64,000 bases of DNA from Verrucomicrobiota bacterium (lineage in GTDB: Bacteria; Verrucomicrobiota; Verrucomicrobiia; Limisphaerales; DSYF01). A program made the position numbers and the translations under genes. The notes under the pieces were generated by a model that was not told the DNA's origin, did no database searches, and saw only the letters and a program-made list of their open reading frames with translations. This document shows positions 29,140 to 39,230 of this stretch, piece by piece. The stretch spans positions 81,614 to 145,613 of the forward strand of contig JALOTZ010000003.1 in NCBI GenBank assembly GCA_025457615.1. The letters run 5' to 3'. Every line of letters begins with the position of its first letter. Positions within the stretch are counted from its first letter, which is position 1.

Positions 29140-29280
29140 CCCGAGTCTCAACAGACTTGCCCGGGAAGCGGCCGTGCCGGAGCGCCGGCCGGCGCTTGCC
29201 GCCCGGAAGCGCAGCCTGTTCCTGGCCACTTTTTGTTCGCCAGCCGCAGGCGGGTTGCATTAACGTCTGCCCGACTCGCC

Positions 29281-29580
29281 ATGAGCGGACGTAAACTGGA
29301 AGCACCGGAGCAGGCCTTGATCAAAGAATTGCTGATCGTGAACAAGCTGGGCATTCACGCCCGGCCGGCGGCGCTCTTTGTCAAGACCGCCAACCGTTTC
29401 AAGTGCGACATCTTCGTCGAGAAGGATGGCGAGAAGGTCAATGGCAAGAGCATCATGGGCCTCATGATGCTGGCCGCCGGACCCGGCAGCCGCCTCAAGG
29501 TGCATGCCGAGGGCCACGATGCGTCTGCCGCCTTGGACGAGATCGAGGCGCTCGTCGCCGCCAAGTTCAACGAGGATTGA
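29281..29580 (+). CDS. ptsH: Phosphocarrier protein HPr
   Basis: Start MSGRKLE. His15 context is GIHARPA and Ser46 context is NGKSIMGLM. Confidence 0.85.
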   Translation: MSGRKLEAPEQALIKELLIVNKLGIHARPAALFVKTANRFKCDIFVEKDGEKVNGKSIMGLMMLAAGPGSRLKVHAEGHDASAALDEIEALVAAKFNED

Positions 29581-29647
29581 CCGGCCCGTTTCCCGCGTTG
29601 CCTTTCCCCGGCTTCCTTCGCAGTCTGTCGGCATGGCAGGCGCCCAC

Positions 29648-29920
29648 ATGGACGTGACCGATGTTGCTCATCTGGCCCGCATCCGGCTCACGCCGGCGGA
29701 GGAACAGACGCTGGGCAGGCAGTTGGACCAGATTCTCGATTACATGGAGCAACTCAAAGGGCTGGACGTGTCCGGCGTCGAGCCCACCGCGCACCCCTTC
29801 CCGCTCGTCAATGTCATGCGCCCCGATGAAGCGCGTCCCTCGCTTTCCCAGGACGAGGCCCTGCGAAACGCCCCCGCCCCGGCCAACGGCCTGTTCATGG
29901 TGCCGAAAATTGTCGAGTAG
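29648..29920 (+). CDS. gatC: Asp/Glu-tRNA amidotransferase subunit C
   Basis: [19 protein letters not shown]...LDYMEQL. An alternative start lies at 29633. Confidence 0.85.
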   Translation: MDVTDVAHLARIRLTPAEEQTLGRQLDQILDYMEQLKGLDVSGVEPTAHPFPLVNVMRPDEARPSLSQDEALRNAPAPANGLFMVPKIVE

Positions 29921-29946
29921 CGATTGGCCCGACCGGATCCCCTCCG

Positions 29947-31407
29947 ATGTTGAACACCCTGACGATTTCCGAGACCACCGCGCGGCTGCAGCGCAGGGAA
30001 ATATCCGCCCGCGAGGTGCTGGCGGCCTGTCTGGACCAGGTGCGCCGGGTGGATTCGAAGCTGCATGCGTTCCTGGCATTGGATGAACCGGATGCCCTGG
30101 CTCAGGCGGAAGCGGCCGACAAACGCATCGCCGCCGGGGAACAGGGTCCACTGTTGGGGGTGCCGATCGCCCTCAAGGACGTGATCGCCGTCCGACACCA
30201 GCGTCTTTCCTGCGGATCCCGCATCCTGGAGAACTTTGTCTCGCCCTACGACGCCACCGTCACCGGGAAGCTGCGCGCGGCCGGGGCGGTGATCTTCGGA
30301 CGGCTGAACATGGATGAGTTCGCCATGGGCAGTTCAACCGAGAATTCCGCCTTCGGGCCCTCCCGCAACCCGTGGGATCGGGAGCGCATCCCGGGCGGCT
30401 CCTCGGGCGGGTCCGCCGTGGCGGTCGCGGCGGACCAATGCATCGCCGCTCTGGGCTCGGACACGGGCGGTTCCATCCGCCAGCCCGCGGCTTTGTGCGG
30501 CTGCGTGGGGCTCAAGCCGACCTACGGACGGGTGTCCCGGTACGGCCTGGTGGCCTACGCCTCCTCCCTGGACCAGATTGGTCCGTTCGCCAAGCGGGTG
30601 CGCGATGCCGCGGTGCTGTTGGGCGCCATCAGCGGTTACGACCCCAAGGATTCCACCAGCGTGGCGCAGCCGGTGCCGGATTACAGCGCGGCCCTGACGG
30701 GCAGTCTGCGTGGTCTCCGGCTGGGGTTGCCCAGGGAATACTTCGCCGCCGGCGGACTGGATCCCCAGGTCAAAGCGGCCGTGGATGCGGCGGTGGACAA
30801 GCTGCGGGAGTTGGGGGCCGAACCCGTCGAGATTTCGCTGCCGCACACCGATTACGCCGTCGCCACCTATTACATCATCGCCACCGCCGAGGCGTCCGCC
30901 AACCTGGCCCGGTTCGACGGTGTCCGCTACGGCCTGCGGGTGGACGGAAAGGATCCCATCGAGCTCTACGGCAACACTCGCGGGCAGGGGTTTGGCGACG
31001 AAGTGAAGCGCCGCATCATCCTGGGCACCTACGTGCTCAGCAGCGGCTACTACGATGCCTATTACCTCCGCGCGCAGAAGGTGCGCACCCTCATCCGCCG
31101 TGATTTCTTGAAGGCATTCGAGACGGTGGACGCCATTGTGACGCCCGCGACGCCCACGGTCGCGTTCCGGCTCGGGGAAAAGTCGCAGGACCCGCTTCAG
31201 ATGTATCTCTCGGACATCTTCACCCTTTCCTGCAACCTGGCCGGCATCTGCGGACTGAGTTTGCCCTGCGGATTCACCAGGTCGCCCAAGCTGCCGATCG
31301 GCCTGCAGTTGCTGGGCCGGCCGTTTGGCGAGGAAACCCTGCTTCGTGTAGCCCACACCTACGAACAGGCCACCGGGTGGCACGTCCAGAAACCCGCCCT
31401 GGACTGA
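29947..31407 (+). CDS. gatA: Asp/Glu-tRNA amidotransferase subunit A
   Basis: 486 aa with the amidase signature [12 protein letters not shown]. Confidence 0.95.
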   Translation: MLNTLTISETTARLQRREISAREVLAACLDQVRRVDSKLHAFLALDEPDALAQAEAADKRIAAGEQGPLLGVPIALKDVIAVRHQRLSCGSRILENFVSPYDATVTGKLRAAGAVIFGRLNMDEFAMGSSTENSAFGPSRNPWDRERIPGGSSGGSAVAVAADQCIAALGSDTGGSIRQPAALCGCVGLKPTYGRVSRYGLVAYASSLDQIGPFAKRVRDAAVLLGAISGYDPKDSTSVAQPVPDYSAALTGSLRGLRLGLPREYFAAGGLDPQVKAAVDAAVDKLRELGAEPVEISLPHTDYAVATYYIIATAEASANLARFDGVRYGLRVDGKDPIELYGNTRGQGFGDEVKRRIILGTYVLSSGYYDAYYLRAQKVRTLIRRDFLKAFETVDAIVTPATPTVAFRLGEKSQDPLQMYLSDIFTLSCNLAGICGLSLPCGFTRSPKLPIGLQLLGRPFGEETLLRVAHTYEQATGWHVQKPALD

Positions 31408-31409
31408 AT

Positions 31410-32891
31410 ATGGAATACGAAGCGGTCATCGGCCTGGAAACCCACGTCCAGCTCAAAACCCAGTCCAAGATGTGGTGCGGCTGCGCGAACACGTTCGGTT
31501 CGCCACCGAACACCAATGTCTGCCCGGTCTGCCTGGGCATGCCGGGCGTGTTGCCGGTGGCCAACGAGGAGGCGCTCAGGCTGACCGTCCTCACCGGACT
31601 GCTGCTGAACTGCGAAATCCCCGCCCGCGCCAAGTTCGATCGCAAGAACTACTTCTACCCCGACGTCGCCAAGAACTACCAGATCACCCAATACGACCAG
31701 CCCAGCACGCGCGGCGGGCACGTGGACTTCGAGTTTCAGGGAGGAATGGCCCGGGTCCGGATCACCCGCGCCCATCTCGAGGAGGATGTCGGCAAGAACA
31801 ACCATTTCGACCGGAACAGCGGGGTGGACTTCAACCGCGCCGGCGTGCCCTTGCTCGAGATCGTGTCCGAACCCGACCTCACCAGCGCCGACATGGCCTA
31901 TGAGTACCTGAACGCCCTCAAGGATATCCTGGTGTACGGCGGGATCAGCGATTGCGACATGGAAAAGGGCATGGTGCGCTGCGACGTGAATGTCAGCGTG
32001 CGCCCCAAGGGAGGGACCGGGCTGGGCGCCAAGATCGAGATCAAGAACATGAACAGCTTCTCGGGCGTGCGCCGGGCGCTCACCTACGAGATCCCCCGCC
32101 AGATCGAGGTGCTCCAGGGCGGCGGCACCCTCATCCAGTCCACGCGGCGCTGGGATGACGCGGGCGGGATCACCGAGGAGATGCGCACCAAGGAGCACGC
32201 GCACGATTACCGCTACTTTCCCGAGCCCGACCTCATGCCCTTCGAACCGACCCCGGAATGGCTCGCGGCGGTGAAATCGCGAATGGTGGAACTGCCCCTG
32301 GCCCGCAAGCAGCGGTTCATGAAGACTTACGAACTGCCCGCCGGCGATGCCGAGGTGTTCAAGAATGACGTCCCGCTGGGCCACTACTTCGAAACCGCCG
32401 CTCAGGGCGCGGCGAATCCCAAAGCCGTCGCCAACTGGGTCATCAATAACCTTCGCGCCCGGCTCGCTGAGACCCAGGCCCGGGAGATCGCCGAACAGGA
32501 GTCCCTTGGACTGGAGCGGTCGGACATGACATTCACCGGGCTGTCCGATCTCAAGTTTCCTCCGCAGGCGTTGCGGGACCTGGTCGGCCTGGTCGAGAAC
32601 CAGACCCTCAGCAGCTCCGCGGCGCAGCAGGTGTTTGTCGAGATGTTTGAGACCGGCAAAGCTCCCGCGGACATCGTGCAGGAGAAGGGCCTGGCCCAGG
32701 TGAGCGACACCGGTGCCCTCGAGGCCCTGTGCGACGAGGCCATTGCCGCCAACCCCGGTCCGGCGGCGGATTACCGGTCGGGCAAGCTGGCTGCGCTCAA
32801 CCGCATCAAGGGCCACGTGATGAAGCTGAGCCAGGGCAAGGCGAACCCGGGCTTGGTGGGTGAGATCCTGGAACGCAAGTTGAGGGCGTGA
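31410..32891 (+). CDS. gatB: Asp/Glu-tRNA amidotransferase subunit B
   Basis: Start MEYEAVIGLETHVQL, inside ORF 31377..32891. It has a GatB/YqeY C-terminus. Confidence 0.95.
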   Translation: MEYEAVIGLETHVQLKTQSKMWCGCANTFGSPPNTNVCPVCLGMPGVLPVANEEALRLTVLTGLLLNCEIPARAKFDRKNYFYPDVAKNYQITQYDQPSTRGGHVDFEFQGGMARVRITRAHLEEDVGKNNHFDRNSGVDFNRAGVPLLEIVSEPDLTSADMAYEYLNALKDILVYGGISDCDMEKGMVRCDVNVSVRPKGGTGLGAKIEIKNMNSFSGVRRALTYEIPRQIEVLQGGGTLIQSTRRWDDAGGITEEMRTKEHAHDYRYFPEPDLMPFEPTPEWLAAVKSRMVELPLARKQRFMKTYELPAGDAEVFKNDVPLGHYFETAAQGAANPKAVANWVINNLRARLAETQAREIAEQESLGLERSDMTFTGLSDLKFPPQALRDLVGLVENQTLSSSAAQQVFVEMFETGKAPADIVQEKGLAQVSDTGALEALCDEAIAANPGPAADYRSGKLAALNRIKGHVMKLSQGKANPGLVGEILERKLRA

Positions 32892-32951
32892 ACGCCGAGG
32901 GGCAACCAAGGCTTGCCAGTGAGCTGGCGGCGGCTAACCTAGGCTCCGGCT

Positions 32952-33026
32952 GCACGCTTAGCTCAGCGGTAGAGCACTTCCTTCACACGGAAGGGGTCGC
33001 AGGTTCGAACCCTGCAGCGTGCACCA
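32952..33026 (+). tRNA. tRNA-Val (anticodon CAC), CCA encoded
   Basis: Folded by hand as a cloverleaf: acceptor GCACGCT/AGCGTGC, D stem GCTC/GAGC, anticodon stem CTTCC/GGAAG with loop TTCACAC, T stem GCAGG/CCTGC. Confidence 0.95.
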
Positions 33027-33249
33027 TCGGCCCCCAACAACATGGCGCAGGCATCGCACCTGCGCCTCACCTTTACCGCGGCGCTCGTGAACCGGCTGCA
33101 GGCGGGGACGCCTGCTGAACGCCTGAAGCTCCGTCGCCACCGCACCATACCACAGCTCCCCCATTCCGCCACGGATTGCATCGACCCCGGCACCCTGGCC
33201 AACGGCTTCGCCCTCGTCCCTGCTCCTCGCTCCCCTCTCCGATCCGCCT

Positions 33250-34239
33250 TCAACCGTACCGCTTCGCCAGCTCCTTCGCCGTCTGCTCCAGCCGCGCCAC
33301 CAGCTCCTTTGGCCGCGCCACCGTCGCGTGCGTGCCGAAGCTCAGGACAAACCGTTCCATCTCCTCGATGCTGTTCAGCCGGAACCGCAGCCGCGAACAG
33401 CCGTCCTTCAACTCCGTCAGCTCCTGGCTCGAATGCCAGCGCCGCCCCCGCAACAGATCGGTCGCCCACGCGTCGAACTCCACCACCACCTCATAATCGT
33501 CCTTCCCCTTGAACACCGTGAAACTGCCCCTCAGATGTTCGTCCACGTTGAAATCCCGCGGTTTGGGGAATCGCTTCTGCGTCAGCGTCACCTCCTTCAT
33601 CCGGCTCAGCACAAACGTCCGCATCCCGCGCCGGACCACATCCCAGGCAAACAGGTACCAATGGCTGTCGATGCAGGCCAGGTGGTAGGGATTCACCTGC
33701 CGCGGCTGCCAGTGCTTCGCGCCCAGGTTGCGATACTGGAACTTGATCGTCCGCCGCTCCTTCAACGCCTGGGTCAGCTTCTGGAACATCTTGAGGTCGG
33801 CGTCCTCCGGCGCCAGGGGCCGGAAGGAGAACGCCCCGTCCAGGTTCCCCAGCGTGTAACTGGCCTCACGATCCAGTTGCCCCGTCAACCGCCGGAATGC
33901 GGTCTCCAGCGGCCGATGCCAGGGGGTGCCGTGATACTGGGCGATCGCCTTGTCGGCAATCAGCAGCGCAAACACCTCCGCCTCGTTCATCGGCAGGCTG
34001 GGGAAGTGGTCCACCGGGCGGCTGTAATAGTAACCCCAGCGCAGCGGATCGTATTCGATGGGCATTCCCAGCCGGGACCGCATGAAATCCAGATCCCGCT
34101 TGATGGTTCGGGTGGTGACCTCGATCTCCTGGGCCAACTGACGGCAATTGGGGTAGTGCCCGCTCCGGATGCGTTGATGGATCTGGATCATCCGCTCCAT
34201 CGGCGGACGTGAATGGAGACGGCGTGAGTGCTTGGCCAT
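33250..34239 (-). CDS. HTH-WYL domain transcriptional regulator
   Basis: ORF 33250..34269, with a probable start at MAKHSRR. It has an HTH (NCRQLAQEIEVTTRTIKRDLDFM), a WYL core (PYHLACIDSHWYLFAW) and a WCX-like C-terminus. Confidence 0.8.
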   Translation of the reverse strand: MAKHSRRLHSRPPMERMIQIHQRIRSGHYPNCRQLAQEIEVTTRTIKRDLDFMRSRLGMPIEYDPLRWGYYYSRPVDHFPSLPMNEAEVFALLIADKAIAQYHGTPWHRPLETAFRRLTGQLDREASYTLGNLDGAFSFRPLAPEDADLKMFQKLTQALKERRTIKFQYRNLGAKHWQPRQVNPYHLACIDSHWYLFAWDVVRRGMRTFVLSRMKEVTLTQKRFPKPRDFNVDEHLRGSFTVFKGKDDYEVVVEFDAWATDLLRGRRWHSSQELTELKDGCSRLRFRLNSIEEMERFVLSFGTHATVARPKELVARLEQTAKELAKRYG

Positions 34240-34368
34240 GGGCTTCGGTTTGCTGTGACCCCCGTTCAATGCGCGGCAGCCAGGACGATGTCAAACCGGA
34301 TGTTCGGGCGCTCGGGCTCTCGATCCCTGTACCCTTCGCCGCCGGATGCAGTCCGCGCCCGCCGCATT

Positions 34369-34497
34369 CAGGTTCGGAAACAGGAACCCCGTCGATTCCG
34401 GGAAGAGCGCCCTCTCGGTTCCGAACTCGTGCCGGGCCGCCTCCCGGTGGCCCGTTTCGTAGTCGAGAGCGCCCAGGTGTGCGTGGAGCCCGGGCGG
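34369..34497 (-). pseudogene. About 130-bp duplicated fragment of the DUF4810 lipoprotein gene
   Basis: PGLHAHLGALDYETGHREAARHEFGTERALFPEST matches PGFHAHLGYLYYETGHLDAARHEFETEKALFPEST of 49397..49750. The DNA identity is visibly high, and there is no complete ORF. Confidence 0.8.
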
Positions 34498-34530
34498 CCT
34501 GTCTGTCAACCCCCACGAGCGCCGGCCGGG

Positions 34531-35988
34531 TCAGGTGATGCTGGTTTGCCGTTGAATGCCAAACTTCTCGATGCGCTTGCGCAAGGTGGCGCGGGTGACG
34601 CCCAACAATCTGGCGGCCTGCACCTGGTTGTCTTGAGTGGCTTTGAGGGCCTCGACCACCAGCGCCCGCTCGACCGCCGGCAGCACCCGCAGCTTGGGAT
34701 CCTTGCGCGCCCAGTGGAACAGTTGCGCCGCCAGCGCGGCCATGTCGGACGCGGCTCCGGCCCCGGCCATTCCAGCCGGCGTCGGTGCGGTGCCCACCGC
34801 CCCGGACGCCGCTTCCCCGGCACCCGCGATTTCCACCGAGAGGTCGGACGGTAGAATGGTGTCCCCTTTGCTGACGACCATGGCGCGGCGGATCACGTTC
34901 TCGAGCTCCCGCACGTTCCCGGGCCAGTGGTACTTCTCGAAGGCGCGCAGGACGACGGCGGAAATCGCCTTGGCGGGGACACCCTGTTCGCGCGCCAGTT
35001 TCTTGAGGAAATAATCCACCAGCAACCGGATGTCGCTCTTGCGCTCGCGCAGGGGAGGCAGGTGGATGCGCACGACGTTGAGCCGGTAGAACAGGTCCTC
35101 GCGGAACTGGCGCGCCGCCACCGCCTGTTCCAGCGGCTTGTTCGTGGCCGCAATCACCCGCACATCCACCCGCAGAGGCGTGTTGCCGCCCACCCGCTCG
35201 AACGTGCCGGACTGCAGCACGCGCAGGATCTTGGTCTGGGTGGCGGGCGTCATGTCGCCGATCTCGTCCAGGAAGATCGTCCCGCCGTTGCACTGCTCGA
35301 ACTTGCCGATGCGCTGATGCGTGGCGCCGGTGAACGAGCCGCGCTCGTGGCCGAACAGCTCGCTTTCGAGCAGTTGCTCCGGGATGGCGGCGCAGTTCAC
35401 GGCCAGGAACGGCTGCTGGCTGCGGTGGCTGTTGTGATAGATGGCGCGCGCCACCAGTTCCTTCCCCGTGCCGCTCTCGCCGGTGATCAGGGCCGTGGCA
35501 TCCGAAGCCGCCAGCTGCCCCACCAGCTTGAACACCTGCTGCATCGACTCGCTCCGCCCCACAATGCCCTGCTCGTAATCCTCGGATTCCAGGAGCGGCT
35601 TGTCCGACACCGTCTGGCGCATGTCGCGCGCCGCCCGCAGCGCATTCTGCACGATCGCCTTGAGCTTGGGCACATCGAAGGGCTTGAGCAGATAGTCATA
35701 CGCGCCCAGCTTCATCGCCTCGATGGCGGTCTGCGTCGTGCCGTAGGCGGTCATCAGGATGACCAGCAGCTTGGGATCCGCCTTGCGGATGGCGCGCAGC
35801 GTCTCCAACCCGTTCATCCCTCCCATCCGGACGTCCATGATCACCAGGTCGGGCTTCACCCGCGGGATCTCCGCCAACGCCGCCTCGCCGCTCGAGGCTG
35901 TGGTCAACTCGATGTCTGGCGAATCAAAGATCCGCTGGAACGAATACAATACATCCGCCTCATCATCCACCAACAGCAGTTTGCTCAT
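34531..35988 (-). CDS. Sigma-54-dependent response regulator (NtrC family)
   Basis: Start MSKLLLVDDE. It has a receiver domain, an AAA+ domain (GESGTGKE, GSFTGA) and a C-terminal Fis-type HTH. Confidence 0.9.
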   Translation of the reverse strand: MSKLLLVDDEADVLYSFQRIFDSPDIELTTASSGEAALAEIPRVKPDLVIMDVRMGGMNGLETLRAIRKADPKLLVILMTAYGTTQTAIEAMKLGAYDYLLKPFDVPKLKAIVQNALRAARDMRQTVSDKPLLESEDYEQGIVGRSESMQQVFKLVGQLAASDATALITGESGTGKELVARAIYHNSHRSQQPFLAVNCAAIPEQLLESELFGHERGSFTGATHQRIGKFEQCNGGTIFLDEIGDMTPATQTKILRVLQSGTFERVGGNTPLRVDVRVIAATNKPLEQAVAARQFREDLFYRLNVVRIHLPPLRERKSDIRLLVDYFLKKLAREQGVPAKAISAVVLRAFEKYHWPGNVRELENVIRRAMVVSKGDTILPSDLSVEIAGAGEAASGAVGTAPTPAGMAGAGAASDMAALAAQLFHWARKDPKLRVLPAVERALVVEALKATQDNQVQAARLLGVTRATLRKRIEKFGIQRQTSIT

Positions 35989-36125
35989 GGCCGCGCCCAA
36001 TGAAACACCCGGGTCGCAGGCGGTCAACCGGCTTTGCTCGCCGGGAGCCATTCAAACCACGAAGCCCGGGGACGGATGAAGTCCGGGCGTTTGGGGTTCC
36101 GCCTCCCGGCGGCGCGGGCCGCAGG

Positions 36126-37439
36126 TCACGTGGAAGCGAGCCTGCTCCTGGCCCACGCCAGCGCCTGCTCGCGGTCGGTGAGCGTTTCCTGCAGTTGCAA
36201 ATCGCGGATGTCCGCCAGCCACCGGCCCACCTCCGGCCCCGGCTTCAAGCCCAAGGCCAGCAGATCATCGCCCGTCAGCAGGGGCGGGATCACCTCCGGC
36301 TTCTTCGCCAACTCACCCGCCTGCTGGACGAGGAACTGGTAAATGTCCAGCCGACCGTGCGAGCCCAGGCAGTCCAGGCGATGCAATTCGAGCTCCAGCG
36401 GGAAGGTCGGGCGCAACAGCATCCGCCGGAGCGTTGACTGACGCATGTCCAGCGCGTCCTTGAATTGCATGTGATGCCGCACCACAAACGCCACCTCATC
36501 GATCTGCTTCCGCGGAAACCGCAACCGCGCCAGGATCTCCTGGGTCATCGTCTCCCCCACGCGTTCGTGCTCGTAGAACCGGATCGCGCCGCTGTCCGGG
36601 TCGCGAGACGCGGTCACCGGCTTGGCGATGTCGTGCAGCAACACGGCCCACGGCAACCGCGGGTCCGGATCCCCAGGCAGTTGTTCAAGCATCAGCACCA
36701 GGTGCCGGAACACGTCCCCTTCCGGATGATACGGGGGCGACTGTTCGCAGCCAATGGTGGCGTGGAGCTCGGGCAGGATCTCCCGCAGCAGGCCGGTGTC
36801 GCGCAGGAGCTCCAGTCCGCGCGCCGCATGCGGCGGCTGGAACAACTTGAGCAGCTCGTCGCGGATCCGTTCGGCGCTGATGACGCGCAGCTTCGGCGCG
36901 AGGGTCCCCATGGCCTCGAACGTCCGCCGCTCGATCTGGAACCCGAGCTGCGCGGCCAACCGCACCGCGCGCAGCAGCCGCAAATGATCTTCCGCAAACC
37001 GCTCCCCCGGCTCCCCGATGGTCCGCACCACACGCGCCTTCAGGTCGGCCTCGCCCCCGACCCAGTCATGCACTTCCTGGCCAACGGGATCGTAGAACAG
37101 CCCGTTGACCGTGAAATCGCGGCGAAGCGCGTCCGCCCGCGCGTCCGCGAACTCCACGTGGCCGGGATGCCGTCCGTCCGCGTAATGGGCCTCGGCCCGG
37201 AACGTGGCCACCTGGAATTGAAATCCGTCCTCGACCACGAGCACCACTCCGAACTGGCGGCCGACCGGAACCGTCTTGGCGAAAAGTTGCTCGACCTGCT
37301 CCGGGCGGGCGTTGGTGGCGATGTCGTAATCGGTGGGCTCGCGGCCCAGGAGCCGGTCACGGACACAGCCGCCCACCCAGAACGCCTCGAATCCGGCATC
37401 CCGAAGCCTTCGAACAATCATGGTGGCCAGCGCGTGCAC
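36126..37439 (-). CDS. cca: CCA-adding enzyme (poly(A) polymerase head plus HD domain)
   Basis: 437 aa: FWVGGCVRDRLLGREPTDYDIAT and HDIAKP. Confidence 0.85.
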   Translation of the reverse strand: MHALATMIVRRLRDAGFEAFWVGGCVRDRLLGREPTDYDIATNARPEQVEQLFAKTVPVGRQFGVVLVVEDGFQFQVATFRAEAHYADGRHPGHVEFADARADALRRDFTVNGLFYDPVGQEVHDWVGGEADLKARVVRTIGEPGERFAEDHLRLLRAVRLAAQLGFQIERRTFEAMGTLAPKLRVISAERIRDELLKLFQPPHAARGLELLRDTGLLREILPELHATIGCEQSPPYHPEGDVFRHLVLMLEQLPGDPDPRLPWAVLLHDIAKPVTASRDPDSGAIRFYEHERVGETMTQEILARLRFPRKQIDEVAFVVRHHMQFKDALDMRQSTLRRMLLRPTFPLELELHRLDCLGSHGRLDIYQFLVQQAGELAKKPEVIPPLLTGDDLLALGLKPGPEVGRWLADIRDLQLQETLTDREQALAWARSRLAST

Positions 37440-37501
37440 GCCGACAGCATGTCAGACCGCCGCGCCGGGCGGAAGCTCCGTAGCACAACCCGCCCACCGC
37501 C

Positions 37502-37836
37502 TCAGATCATTGACACAGTCTCTTTCGGTCGCTTCACGCGCTTCCGCGTTCGTTCCTGCGAGAGCAGGTTGGACACATGCGTCCACGCCCCCATGTGCAA
37601 CTCCCTGGCCACCCACTTGAGCGTCATCGCCGTCTCCTCCCGCAACCGCCTGGCCACTCGCACCTTCTTGGGGTCTCCCTTGCGCCGCCGTGCCAACTCC
37701 TCCGGACCCCACCCCAAACGCTTCAGCTCCAAGGCCACGATACGCCGCGCTTTCTGCTCGTCGCTCTCGAACCGATCCTCAGCGTAATGGTGCTCGCCCG
37801 CCTGTCCAGCCATCTGCTCCAGCAGTTCCTGCCGAA
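37502..37836 (-). pseudogene. C-terminal part of the Y1 (IS200-like) transposase-like gene split by the IS
   Basis: (F)RQELLEQMAGQAGEHHYAEDRFESDEQKARRIVALELKRLGW...TMTLKWVARELHMGAWTHVSNLL. This is an HTH tail that I recall as DnaA-domain-IV-like in this family. Confidence 0.65.
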
Positions 37837-39230
37837 GGGTGTGATTGAAAGTGGGTGAGGATTAGTTCCACAGGGAAGCCCACTGGCGGTTGGCCCTGAG
37901 GACACGCAGATGGGCAATCTGGTCGGCATGGTTGAGCACATGGCGGTGTCCGCTCTCAATCATGCCCGACCCAATCGGCAGGCCCAAGGCCAGAGCCCGC
38001 GGGTAGTCCAGGCAGTCGCGTCGATTGTTCAGATAGCGGTAACCATTGCGCACCGGCGCATCCTCCTCCGGCGTGCCTTCGGGTTCCAGATGGGGTTCCA
38101 ATGCCTCCATGACCTTCTGCACCGCCCCGCGCCGCAGTCTCTTCTGTTGGATGCGGCGCCAGCGCTCGGGTTGGCGGCGCCCGCAACCCGCGGCGGCGGC
38201 TCCCAGATACTCGCTGACATGATAGAAATCGCACAGGAAGACGCCCTGCTCTTGGAACACTTCCAAGCTCTGGCGCCGGACCCACTCGGCTCCATCCCCC
38301 ACAGCGTGGATCTGACTGTTCAGCCCCCAGCCAGCCTGCCGTGCGCAGTGCCCCCAGCGCTGGCCGGTTTCCTCCACGCTGCCGAAGGTGGCCCCGTAGA
38401 CCGTCGTGGCACTGCCTTGGGCTTGGGCCGCCACCAGCCTCATTTCCTTCCACTGGCGGGGACGTTTGCCGTTGCGGGGGCCGCGCTCCACAGTGCAGAT
38501 CATGGTTCCGTCGGCCTCGACCACCACGTACTCTTGACCGGCGGCGGGCAACGCCCGATAGGGCTGCTCATACTGCTCCTGCAACTGCCTCTGGGCCCTG
38601 CGCGCGTGGTGCAAGGTGGCCGTGCGCACCGCGCTGGCGCCAATCTCAAAACCGTAATGTTCCCGGACACTTTCGGCCGCACGGCCAAAGGAATGCTCGC
38701 AGCCAAAGTCCGTCAACACCCGATCCAGCCGGCGGGAGCGGCCTCGCGGACTCACCCCCAAGCGCCCAGGCAATGGCCGCAGATAGTTCTGGGTCTGGCT
38801 GCTCCAGATGTGCTCACGCACCTCCACCAACCCAAAGACACACCACCACGTCAGCGTTTTTTTTTACGACTCCGCACCGTGGGATCCTGGCCCTTGAGTT
38901 CGCGGCTCACACGCTCCTCGGCCTGGCTGGCCCAATGGCTCATGGTCGCACTGCCCAGCCGACGCATCTCCTCAATCAACAGATCCTCCACCTCATCGGC
39001 CGTCTTCAGTGGACCCTCGGCATTGCGCGTGATCGTCAGCAGGCTTTGCACTCGGGCCATCAGATCCGGATGCTCACGCAGTTGTTCAATCAATTGTTTC
39101 TCCTCAGGTTTCAGCTCTAGGTAGACCGCTTTCTTGCTCTTCATCCCCACCGTATTTAGAGAAGTGGCTAAATTTGTACATTCTATTCTTCAAAAATCTT
39201 CCCCCTCCTCACCCACTTTCAATCACACCC
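37837..39230 (-). mobile_element. ISKra4-family-like insertion sequence, 1394 bp, with perfect 25-bp terminal inverted repeats
   Basis: GGGTGTGATTGAAAGTGGGTGAGGA at 37837-37861 is the exact reverse complement of 39206-39230. It encloses a two-ORF DDE transposase. No target-site duplication is visible. Confidence 0.85.
37862..39150 (-). CDS. IS transposase in two frames, joined by a -1 shift on an A9 run (38857-38865)
   Basis: orfA is 38851..39150 (...VRSRKKKR*). The -1 frame continues (K)TLTWWCVFGLVEVREH... to 37862. Motifs DGTMI...WKEMRL...GDGAEWV...DFYHVSEYL resemble ISKra4-type DDE enzymes, from memory. Confidence 0.65.

Noticed and set aside
33042-33512. Integrase N-terminal remnant next to tRNA-Val (MAQASHLRLTFTAALVNRLQAGTPAERLKL…)
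   Set aside because: There are only ~25 residues of vague resemblance to DUF4102-type integrase N-termini, and the rest is low-complexity and overlaps the WYL gene in antisense. That is too weak to call.
34291-34509. 72-aa ORF as a functional gene
   Set aside because: It is a partial copy of the DUF4810 gene with no signal peptide or lipobox and an unrelated tail. I treat it as a pseudogene fragment.
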